From a virus (lineage: Duplodnaviria; Caudoviricetes): a DNA stretch of 64,000 bases. Location of the stretch: IMG/VR virus record IMGVR_UViG_3300012983_000031, positions 32,001 to 96,000 of that record. One strand, given 5' to 3'. Shown here piece by piece: positions 1 to 7,704 of the stretch (position 1 is its first letter; every line of letters begins with the position of its first letter). The translations under genes were made by a program, and so were the position numbers. The notes below the pieces were generated by a model. It worked only from the letters and a program-made list of their open reading frames with translations. It did not search any database and was not told the origin of the DNA.

Positions 1-2077
1 TAACAGTAATTTCATAATGTCTGGAATATTTCGACACTAAGGTATCCATTTCTTCAGTAACCTCCTTTAAATACATATCGCTGTAATCATTATAAATTAC
101 ATAAAGCATATGCTCAAGGGTATTCTTGCCAAGTTTATTAGCAAAAGGTTTAATGTTACCAGAATACTCCATACCAGAAACATCTGTAATAATTATAATT
201 GCATTGATATCATATCTTAAATCATCATCTTCAACATAATTTTCAACAATATGCTTATATACATCATGAATATTTGTTCCACCGCCTGTAGATGCACCTT
301 CTATACCCCATTCTTCATCGCTCACAACATAAGAATCAACATCAAAATGTTCATTATATACACCATCATCGAACAAATGTATATCAACGGTGTTAAAATG
401 ACAATCTTGCATGATTTTTTCTATTTCTCCAATCATTATTGGAATAAGTTGTGTCTGTGAATTATTTATAGAGCCAGAAGTATCAATATAAACAACGCAT
501 TTATTATAATCACTATATGATCTAACCCTATGCTTCAATCCTATTCCAGTTCTTTGATAAACATTCTTTCTAAGAGGACCCTTTTCATATGTATGAGATC
601 TCTCTGAAATAAATTCCTGAAGAGCTTTCTTCCAATCTATAATACCTTCACGGCTCCTTCTAATACGACCTTGTATTTTATCCCTCATTGTATTAGCGGA
701 AGACACAAGTTCTTTATCATCTTGCGGAGATGGCTTAAATATATCATTAATTATTGGAAATGCCTCTCTTATCATTGCATCCTCACTTTCACTCATACCC
801 CAATCTGGATCTTTTGGATTGATTCCACGTTCTTTACGAATTTCATCACCAACATTTTGATCAATAACATGGGCACCTGTAAATAATTCATCCGTATCTA
901 TAGATCCATTACGCATAATAATTACATCATCTGGAACATAAACATCTTTTACACTATCTTGCTTGTCTGTTAATTGATCAGTTGATGTACCAAAAAACAA
1001 ATCATGAATTTTATTTACACGCTTATCATCATCCAACGAAACATCATCAATAATATTAGCAATATCATCATCAAGAGATTCATTGACACTTTCAATTATT
1101 TTCATAACATCAAGATTATCAGGAAGTTCAACTTGATCTCTCATAATTGGGGCTAAACCACCATGATCGTACATTTCTTGTGCATATTTTTTTCCAAGAA
1201 TATATCCGATAGAATATTCATCAAGTTGAGGCATATTAGCATTCTGACCCTGCTGACCCTGCTGACCCTGCTGACCCTGCTGACCCTGCTGTCCTTGCTG
1301 TCCTTGCTGTCCTTGCTGACCCTGCTGACCCTGCTGACCCTGCTGTCCCTGCTGACCCTGCTGTCCTTGCTGACCCTGCTGTCCTTGCTGACCCTGCTGA
1401 CCTTGCTGACCCTGCTGTCCTTGCTGTCCTTGCTGTCCTTGCTGACCCTGCTGACCTTGCTGACCCTGCTGACCCTGCTGACCCTGCTGTCCCTGCTGTC
1501 CTTGCTGACCCTGCTGACCCTGCTGTCCCTGCTGTCCTTGCTGACCCTGCTGACCCTGCTGTCCTTGCTGACCCTGCTGTCCTTGCTGACCCTGCTGACC
1601 CTGCTGTCCTTGCTGACCCTGCTGTCCTTGCTGACCCTGCTGTCCTTGCTGACCCTGCTGACCTTGCTGACCCTGCTGACCCTGCTGACCCTGCTGACCC
1701 TGCTGTCCTTGCTGACCCTGCTGTCCTTGCTGACCCTGCTGACCATGCTGTCCTTGCTGACCTTGCTGACCCTGCTGATTTTTTAAATCATTATGCTTCG
1801 CGCTATGAACATTTTGTCCACTAGCATTTTGATCTAACTCACCTTGCTGGTTAGTTTGTCCTTGATGATTTCCAGAACCACCATCTAAATTATCATCACC
1901 ATCAGATGATGAACCATAAACTCCGTTTCCAGCACCACCAGCATCTTTCTTCTCAGAATCTGTTATACCAGAATTTGTAGAGTTATAAAGATCCTTAATC
2001 TTTTTAATTTTCTCTTGTTTTGTAAGAGTTTTATCTTTTAACAACCGATTTATCTCAGTCTTTACATCATAACGCAT
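1..2077 (-). CDS. vWA-domain protein (C-terminal half of DUF2201-type) with a (QQG)59 linker; 3' end runs off the window
   Basis: Absent from the ORF track because there is no stop in the window. Hand translation from ATG 2077 gives MRYDVKTEINRLLKD...KNQQGQQG...IIDWKKALQEFIS...CVVYIDTSGSI...GGGTNI...IIITD. It has the MIDAS DxSxS, GGGT and ITD motifs of a vWA domain and lies directly behind the metallopeptidase and AAA genes. Confidence 0.9.
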   Translation of the reverse strand, partial: MRYDVKTEINRLLKDKTLTKQEKIKKIKDLYNSTNSGITDSEKKDAGGAGNGVYGSSSDGDDNLDGGSGNHQGQTNQQGELDQNASGQNVHSAKHNDLKNQQGQQGQQGQHGQQGQQGQQGQQGQQGQQGQQGQQGQQGQQGQQGQQGQQGQQGQQGQQGQQGQQGQQGQQGQQGQQGQQGQQGQQGQQGQQGQQGQQGQQGQQGQQGQQGQQGQQGQQGQQGQQGQQGQQGQQGQQGQQGQQGQQGQQGQQGQQGQQGQQGQQGQQGQQGQQGQQGQNANMPQLDEYSIGYILGKKYAQEMYDHGGLAPIMRDQVELPDNLDVMKIIESVNESLDDDIANIIDDVSLDDDKRVNKIHDLFFGTSTDQLTDKQDSVKDVYVPDDVIIMRNGSIDTDELFTGAHVIDQNVGDEIRKERGINPKDPDWGMSESEDAMIREAFPIINDIFKPSPQDDKELVSSANTMRDKIQGRIRRSREGIIDWKKALQEFISERSHTYEKGPLRKNVYQRTGIGLKHRVRSYSDYNKCVVYIDTSGSINNSQTQLIPIMIGEIEKIMQDCHFNTVDIHLFDDGVYNEHFDVDSYVVSDEEWGIEGASTGGGTNIHDVYKHIVENYVEDDDLRYDINAIIIITDVSGMEYSGNIKPFANKLGKNTLEHMLYVIYNDYSDMYLKEVTEEMDTLVSKYSRHYEITV
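1244..1777 (-). repeat. 9-bp tandem repeat CAG-CA(G/A)-GG(T/A), 59 units, encoding QQG (one QHG)
   Basis: 1247-1777 is 531 nt = 59 units, in frame with the vWA ORF. Variation is almost entirely at synonymous third positions of that frame. Confidence 0.95.
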
Positions 2078-2763
2078 TTTTCAACAAGACTTTCTTTTCG
2101 TAATTGATTAATAACTTCTGCAAAACCATCTGAAAAACCACGTTTCCATTCATCTGATGTCTTTGCAAGCTTTTTCTTGCGAACGATTTTTGGAATCTTA
2201 TCGTATATTTCTTCCCATGTCAACCCTTTTTTTCCATAATCATCATTATAACATCCATCGATAGCATTAGTAACACCCTTAAACGGAGAGTTTCCAGGAC
2301 CTTGTCTTAAAAAATTCTCAATTGTATAATTTATTTCATAATCCTGAGCCATATTAACTTTTTCAGAATCAGAATATTTATCAAGGCTTTCAGAATGTTT
2401 ATTACAATGATCAAACAAAATATGAAGTGCCTCATGAATAAGAACAAATTCCAAATATAACGGTCCTTTTTCCTCATCTTTATTGATTAAATATTCAGCA
2501 AACGCTGGATTAATAAAAATAGAAACACCATCAGTTGCCATTGTTGGAACATATGGACTATCTGTGTACACAATATCTTTATGCTTCATTATTCTTTCAA
2601 CGCTTGGAAAATATTGAGCAAGATCTTGCATAACGGCTTCAACTACCATAACAACAGTATCTATATCAACAACTGTACCGTCACTTTTTACCCAAATAGG
2701 ATTTCCAGTCTGAGATTCATTCAGACTGGAACCACATTTAGATTTATATTTAAGTATTAACAT
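2062..2763 (-). CDS. HEXXH metallopeptidase-like protein (DUF2201 N-terminal-like)
   Basis: Motifs VPTMATDG..IFINP.F, FVLIHEALH..FDH and NMAQDYEIN. Start moved to ATG 2763, just after the AAA stop; the track start at 2823 overlaps the AAA gene. Confidence 0.85.
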   Translation of the reverse strand: MLILKYKSKCGSSLNESQTGNPIWVKSDGTVVDIDTVVMVVEAVMQDLAQYFPSVERIMKHKDIVYTDSPYVPTMATDGVSIFINPAFAEYLINKDEEKGPLYLEFVLIHEALHILFDHCNKHSESLDKYSDSEKVNMAQDYEINYTIENFLRQGPGNSPFKGVTNAIDGCYNDDYGKKGLTWEEIYDKIPKIVRKKKLAKTSDEWKRGFSDGFAEVINQLRKESLVEKCVMM

Positions 2764-2767
2764 GTCA

Positions 2768-4786
2768 TCAAACCAATTCGTTTTTAGCAATAACATCTTC
2801 TTTATAGTTTGCTGCGTCAGCATAAGGTCCAGTTGTTGACTTCAAATCAACCCCAAACTCAAACCCGAACATTGTGCTTAAGGTTTTAAACCTATTTAAA
2901 TTAAATTGTCCAGAATCATAACAGCAAGCTTCCAAAAATTTCATAAAGTTAACAGCGGCATCTGGTGAAACCTTATCCTTTAACCCACCAGGATAATATT
3001 CCTTTAACAATGGAAATATATGTTTTGTAAAATATTCCTCAATGTTAGACGAATTCAATTTCTGCTGTTTTATAATTTCATATTTTGTATTATCACCCTT
3101 TGTCCATACATTAATTGCATCTTCTGGTTTGAATAAAGCAAATTGCGAAACAAATTGAGCAAAACGTTTTGCAACATCTCCACCAACAATACCAGAAGCA
3201 ATTTCTGCTAATGTCTTTGTTGGCATAGAAGAAATTGTTGAATATTTTTTTCCAAATTCATTTTCAAGACACTGATCAATAAGAGTTTCTGACAAAGCTT
3301 CCCAAGTACGAGGGTTAGCCGTTCCTTTCTCTCCATTTAATTCACCTGTTGGGTGTGTCCACATTTCATAAAAGTCTCCATAATTTTGAGGATCCCTTTT
3401 AATTTCACTTTCAATATAAGAAACTATATCGCTTAAAACATTTTTTCTTCCGCGTCTATGATTTGATTCCTGTCTTGCCCATTCTATCCAATCTTTTGGA
3501 TCTGGAACAAAATTACAATGGTTAAAACGAGTCTTTGATGCACCTTCAAATGACAATGCTTCCGCACCACCTCTACGACTCATATCTGATTTACGGTTTG
3601 CTGCACAAACAATAACCCATCGATCACCAAACTTTAATGTCGAATTTGAGCCAATTTCTCGTGTTGTTGGAGCTTGCATAAGAGCATCCATACCAGCTTG
3701 TGTCATACGAGAATATTCATCGATAAAGAAAATACCACCAGGACCGTTTTCTATAATATCATTTCCATTCTCATCTCTTACAAGTCCACCGCCGTTGGCT
3801 ATAGCATTCAAAAGTGCAGGATCTGCTTCCTCACTCTGCGGATTATAAACAGGCAACCAATTTTTTGGAAGATCCTTTATTGTTGTTTGTGTTGCGCCTT
3901 TAAAATCATCATTATCAGCATCCTCTATATCATTTGCCTTAAGTGTTCTAACAATCGTCGCTGGCATTGTGAAATCATCTGGTCCAACATTTCCTCCATT
4001 AATTGATATAATATTAATTGATTTTCCTGTTGTTTTCTGAACAACGCTTCTCAATGAACGAATAATAGATGTTTTTCCAATACCTGGAGCTCCCCATATA
4101 AACAACGGAAGTCCATTTGGTTTATTACCTTTATATCTACTCATGTATTCATTTCCGAGATAATTAACGATTTGTTCTGTTGTCCAATTGCAAAATGTTC
4201 CTTTTAAACTGATTTTTTCATTCTTTGCAAGGAAAGAATTCTCATCTTCAAATATAGCATCAATCAAGCTTGATGAAGTTTTTTCAGATTCATTTACATC
4301 ATCACCAAACTGAACAGCACCTTCATATGTGCCTGTAAATTCATAATTTTCAACAGCTTCTGGCTCAATTCCCAATTCATTACAAAGTTCTACAGTATCA
4401 CTTCCAGGAACATAATTCACACATGTTGTGTTTTTTGCACCCTCCATTGCATTAATAGGATGACTCGCTTCCAAAACATTTCCATCTTGATTCTTAAAAA
4501 ATACAAAATTTTCTGCTGTAAAAACATCAACAAAAAACTTCTTAACCTTTTCAGCAACATCCTTAACTTTACTTATAAATCTTTGTCCGTACTTGTTAAC
4601 ATTTTTTGCAGCATCCCTAACATAATCCAAAACACCTTCATCAATGTTGTCAAGATTGCTCACACGATTCTTTGGTACATTCTGAATAACACCGTTGTTA
4701 AAACGAACTATATAATCACCAGCGCTTTCGTTAAGAACCTCGCAATTAACTTTGTGATTACTATTTTTTAATTTATATTTTGCCAT
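2768..4786 (-). CDS. MoxR-type AAA+ ATPase with ~200-aa N-terminal extension
   Basis: Walker A GAPGIGKT, Walker B IFFIDE, sensor-1 CAANR, arginine finger KTRF and sensor-2 NPRTWE. Adjacent to the metallopeptidase and vWA genes. Confidence 0.9.
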   Translation of the reverse strand: MAKYKLKNSNHKVNCEVLNESAGDYIVRFNNGVIQNVPKNRVSNLDNIDEGVLDYVRDAAKNVNKYGQRFISKVKDVAEKVKKFFVDVFTAENFVFFKNQDGNVLEASHPINAMEGAKNTTCVNYVPGSDTVELCNELGIEPEAVENYEFTGTYEGAVQFGDDVNESEKTSSSLIDAIFEDENSFLAKNEKISLKGTFCNWTTEQIVNYLGNEYMSRYKGNKPNGLPLFIWGAPGIGKTSIIRSLRSVVQKTTGKSINIISINGGNVGPDDFTMPATIVRTLKANDIEDADNDDFKGATQTTIKDLPKNWLPVYNPQSEEADPALLNAIANGGGLVRDENGNDIIENGPGGIFFIDEYSRMTQAGMDALMQAPTTREIGSNSTLKFGDRWVIVCAANRKSDMSRRGGAEALSFEGASKTRFNHCNFVPDPKDWIEWARQESNHRRGRKNVLSDIVSYIESEIKRDPQNYGDFYEMWTHPTGELNGEKGTANPRTWEALSETLIDQCLENEFGKKYSTISSMPTKTLAEIASGIVGGDVAKRFAQFVSQFALFKPEDAINVWTKGDNTKYEIIKQQKLNSSNIEEYFTKHIFPLLKEYYPGGLKDKVSPDAAVNFMKFLEACCYDSGQFNLNRFKTLSTMFGFEFGVDLKSTTGPYADAANYKEDVIAKNELV

Positions 4787-4816
4787 TTTTATATATTTTA
4801 GTTTTATTTTTCAATT

Positions 4817-5641
4817 TTATGCGAACACCCACTTGAACAAGGCGTTACTTTTCATTAAACCTACAAGATTATCAATAAACATATCTTTTTCCTTTAATGA
4901 AAGTGACAGATGGCTCGCCGTAAGCAAATTGTAAACAAACGTCTTAAATTCATTTTCTTTATTGCCGCTATCCCATCCAATCTTATTCAAGTAAGCAACA
5001 ATGTTTCTTGCGAACGTCCTGCATCGCGTGTTATCAGGTGTATATGATAGATCATCAATCTGTTCAAAAGCAAGACATATTTCAGCGAACATCTCATCGG
5101 TCTTGTTGAGTACAGATTCAAACAGCTTCTTACTGAACCTTGCATTAATCTTTACCTGTTCATCTATACAATTAGGTGATATGTTTCCTCCGTTCGCCGC
5201 AATTTTCTGATTAATTCCCATAAGTTTTTGATCCAAGTTCTTTATATTCATCTGATATGTATTTTTTAACATAAGTTTTTTATTCAACAATGTGTTTATA
5301 AGCACATTGGACTGAATAATCTTATTCTTTGTTATATCAGCCTGTTCATCATTTTCTGGTGCGATGTCCTCCAAATCATTTCTTTGCTTTATAATTGCAG
5401 ACGTTTGATCGTTGACATATTTTAGATTTGTTTGATACTGTGTCTTCAGTTGCGTCTTTTTTGTCATAATATCAGATGCATCCTGTTGTAAATCTGTTAC
5501 ATCAGAACTATATGATCCAGATTGATCGCCATCTTCCTTATTTTGGATATCAGTCTTTATTTCCTGGCTTGCATTGGTATCTCCGTTGCCATCCTGGATT
5601 TCATCAGCTTCTTCTATTTTATCAATAAACTTAATTTTCAT
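4817..5641 (-). CDS. Hypothetical coiled-coil protein, first gene of the late AAA/vWA operon
   Basis: Start revised to ATG 5641 because the late promoter motif at 5668-5676 lies inside the longer track ORF. Central part has heptad-like periodicity. Confidence 0.7.
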   Translation of the reverse strand: MKIKFIDKIEEADEIQDGNGDTNASQEIKTDIQNKEDGDQSGSYSSDVTDLQQDASDIMTKKTQLKTQYQTNLKYVNDQTSAIIKQRNDLEDIAPENDEQADITKNKIIQSNVLINTLLNKKLMLKNTYQMNIKNLDQKLMGINQKIAANGGNISPNCIDEQVKINARFSKKLFESVLNKTDEMFAEICLAFEQIDDLSYTPDNTRCRTFARNIVAYLNKIGWDSGNKENEFKTFVYNLLTASHLSLSLKEKDMFIDNLVGLMKSNALFKWVFA

Positions 5642-5667
5642 ACAATATTCAAACAAACGCGTTTTCT

Positions 5668-5688
5668 TATTTATCTGAAAAATAAATA
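5668..5688. promoter_or_regulatory. Back-to-back late promoter motifs: AGATAAATA (- strand, 5668-5676) and AATAAATA (+ strand, 5681-5688)
   Basis: Match to the recurring late motif, each 20-30 nt upstream of divergent starts at 5641 and 5709. Confidence 0.65.
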
Positions 5689-5708
5689 AAAGAAAAAGAG
5701 CAATTATC

Positions 5709-5849
5709 ATGCGAAAATGCCCGAACTGCCCAAAAAAGAAAGCTCCAGCTTCATCAAATTACAATTTAATCAATGAAAGCAGAAGCACGAAGATTACCTC
5801 AATATTGAACAATCCTAAAATGTCAGGTTCCAAATCAATCACATTATAA
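5709..5849 (+). CDS. Small 46-aa CxxC protein (MRKCPNCPKKK...LINESRS...)
   Basis: Hand-translated and below the track cut-off. It fills the space between a late-type promoter and a terminator hairpin. Confidence 0.6.
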   Translation: MRKCPNCPKKKAPASSNYNLINESRSTKITSILNNPKMSGSKSITL

Positions 5850-5850
5850 T

Positions 5851-5890
5851 AATAAACGCCGCATATTTTGCGGCGATTATTGTCTTTTTT
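5851..5890. terminator. Probable bidirectional intrinsic terminator
   Basis: CGCCGCA-tattt-TGCGGCG stem extended by AATAA/TTATT with a T-run, located between convergent genes. Confidence 0.75.
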
Positions 5891-5899
5891 CACCGCACA

Positions 5900-6259
5900 T
5901 CATGCGGTTACCTGTATGTCAGAAAGAAGAAACGATTTAAGTTGTCCGCTTGGTTCAAGCTTAAACACAAACTTATTTGAGTTTATCTCCAGCATAGGAA
6001 CCCCTTCATAAGTTTCCCCGTCCTTCTTAAATGTCAAGGAACCTCTGTCAACTTCCTTCACCTTAAGTTCATCTCGTAACGCCTTCAACAACGTTTGTGG
6101 TTTAACAGTTGATTCAACATTGTCGATTTCATCAAATTCAAAATCATCTGGATCGTCCAAATCGATGGTATGATTGTCTGGTTCCAAATCATCCATCATA
6201 TCCTCGTCTGTAATTTCATCTTCCTTATCGAAGTAATCATAGTCATACAAATTTCTCAT
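5900..6259 (-). CDS. Hypothetical late protein with acidic N-terminus and small beta-rich C-terminal domain
   Basis: 119-aa ORF with AAATAAATAG late-type motif at ~6286-6295. Confidence 0.7.
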   Translation of the reverse strand: MRNLYDYDYFDKEDEITDEDMMDDLEPDNHTIDLDDPDDFEFDEIDNVESTVKPQTLLKALRDELKVKEVDRGSLTFKKDGETYEGVPMLEINSNKFVFKLEPSGQLKSFLLSDIQVTA

Positions 6260-6299
6260 TATGAACGTGAAAGCGTTTCTTTGGACTATTTATTTTCAA

Positions 6300-6695
6300 T
6301 CAATCGTTCAATTTTTTGAAATTTTTCTTTGACTCCTCCTGCGAAATGCCATAAATCTGTTCACTGAACAGTTTCTTATACTTTCCTTTCTTTGCGTTTC
6401 TATAGAATTCCTTGTATATTTCACGTCTTCTTTGACGATTAACAAGGATGTCCTGACTCTTGATATAATTCTGAAGAAGTATTTCAGCCTGATTTTTAGG
6501 ATCTGAAAAATATTTCTTTCTGTATTCAATATCATCCTCTGACATCACATCATTGTTTATTTCAACAAACGACATGTTGTCACTTTCGTCAAGAAGCGAT
6601 GGCGAGTCAATAAGAGAAGATGCAACTTCTTCATTAAACAATGTTTCATTTTTGTTTACTTCTTCCATCAATGATGGAATACCCATCTCTTGCAT
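6300..6695 (-). CDS. Hypothetical protein
   Basis: 131-aa ORF co-oriented directly behind the late sigma gene. Confidence 0.65.
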   Translation of the reverse strand: MQEMGIPSLMEEVNKNETLFNEEVASSLIDSPSLLDESDNMSFVEINNDVMSEDDIEYRKKYFSDPKNQAEILLQNYIKSQDILVNRQRRREIYKEFYRNAKKGKYKKLFSEQIYGISQEESKKNFKKLND

Positions 6696-6717
6696 AATTG
6701 TAATTGGTTTATTTTTA

Positions 6718-7164
6718 TTAAATGTTGTAAATATTATCTGACAAGGAAACCCTCATGCTTTGAGGAAGTTTCATATAACCTAGATTTCGCCATCCTTTCG
6801 CAAATCCGTTTCTGCATATTGAAGTTATATATGCAAATGCGTTCTGGGTAACATTCTCGTTAAAGTCTTTAAAATACTTAATACAATCCCCGACAGCTGT
6901 ATAAATACAATCTATTTTATCCTCTTCATTTGTGTATTTTAATTTGTTTGATAGTTTCGTTGCAATCTGAACAAACATTTTAGCGAGTTCATCGCTTGCC
7001 TTTCCGTCGTTTTCCCTTTTGCATCTCAATATTTCAGCAAGAAGAACCGAATTTTTTACATAATGCTGTTCTTCTGGAGTTCTTCCTACACTACTAAGTG
7101 TTTCATCTACAAATTCTTCCCCACGCTTCTGGCAGCGAAGCTTTTCCTGTAATTTTGTTGACAT
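6718..7164 (-). CDS. gp55: T4 gp55-like late-transcription sigma factor
   Basis: HYVKNSVLLAEI...LAKMFVQIATKLS...CIKYFKDFNE...NAFAYITSICRNGF follows the gp55 pattern (YVNNKELL...IAEGLS...NPHAYITQACFNAF). Confidence 0.85.
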   Translation of the reverse strand: MSTKLQEKLRCQKRGEEFVDETLSSVGRTPEEQHYVKNSVLLAEILRCKRENDGKASDELAKMFVQIATKLSNKLKYTNEEDKIDCIYTAVGDCIKYFKDFNENVTQNAFAYITSICRNGFAKGWRNLGYMKLPQSMRVSLSDNIYNI

Positions 7165-7187
7165 CGTAAAAGATCATTCCTTTACAT

Positions 7188-7219
7188 TATTATACTGAAA
7201 AAAATATAAAAAGATTAAA
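7188..7219 (-). promoter_or_regulatory. Middle-type promoter TTTAATCTTTTT-N12-GTATAATA upstream of gp55
   Basis: One mismatch to the six-copy motif, same 12-nt spacer. Confidence 0.75.
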
Positions 7220-7249
7220 AAAGAAGGTGGAAATTTTAATTCCACCTTC
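7217..7249 (-). terminator. Intrinsic terminator
   Basis: GAAGGTGGAA/TTCCACCTTC 10-bp perfect stem followed by a T-run on the - strand. Confidence 0.8.
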
Positions 7250-7256
7250 AAATTTC

Positions 7257-7691
7257 TTATGATTCATCTTCAAATACCGCCAATTCTGGATGTTCATCCT
7301 TATACGCTCTATATCCGCCATTAAGATATTGAACGATACCAGTAACCTCTGTTTTAACACTTACAAGATCATCATGAATTCTATCCATCTTGACCTTCAC
7401 GTTCTCCCAAACATCCATGCGTTCAGTTCTCGTGTCTTCGGTTAAAGCGATGTTCTTGTTTGATGCCTCTTGTATTTTTTCAAGCATTGACAACATCTGA
7501 TTAACATACTTATCGCCTAAGTCTATTCTCTCAGACTGTTCCTGATTAGCGGCAGAATTCGCCTCTGTCTTAGCTTTGTTCTTGGTGTACTTAAGCGTTG
7601 CCAAAATTCCAAGTCCACCGCTAGTAATGACACTAATCAACGTTACGATGATTGTTGTCCAATCAATTCCTGCTGCTGGTTCCATAATCAA
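7257..7691 (-). CDS. Holin-like membrane protein (N-terminal TM segment plus coiled coil)
   Basis: Hydrophobic DWTTIIVTLISVITSGGLGILATL followed by a basic patch and coiled coil. Confidence 0.5.
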   Translation of the reverse strand: MIMEPAAGIDWTTIIVTLISVITSGGLGILATLKYTKNKAKTEANSAANQEQSERIDLGDKYVNQMLSMLEKIQEASNKNIALTEDTRTERMDVWENVKVKMDRIHDDLVSVKTEVTGIVQYLNGGYRAYKDEHPELAVFEDES

Positions 7692-7704
7692 ACTTGGTTA
7701 CTTT

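Noticed and set aside
1244-1777. CRISPR array
   Set aside because: Contiguous 9-bp units with no spacers; no cas genes.
1153-1786. Track ORFs 1153-1746 (SRV/SKD repeats) and 1163-1786 (LLT/LLS repeats)
   Set aside because: Shadow frames of the 9-bp repeat. Only the QQG frame is synonymous-constrained and continuous with the vWA domain.
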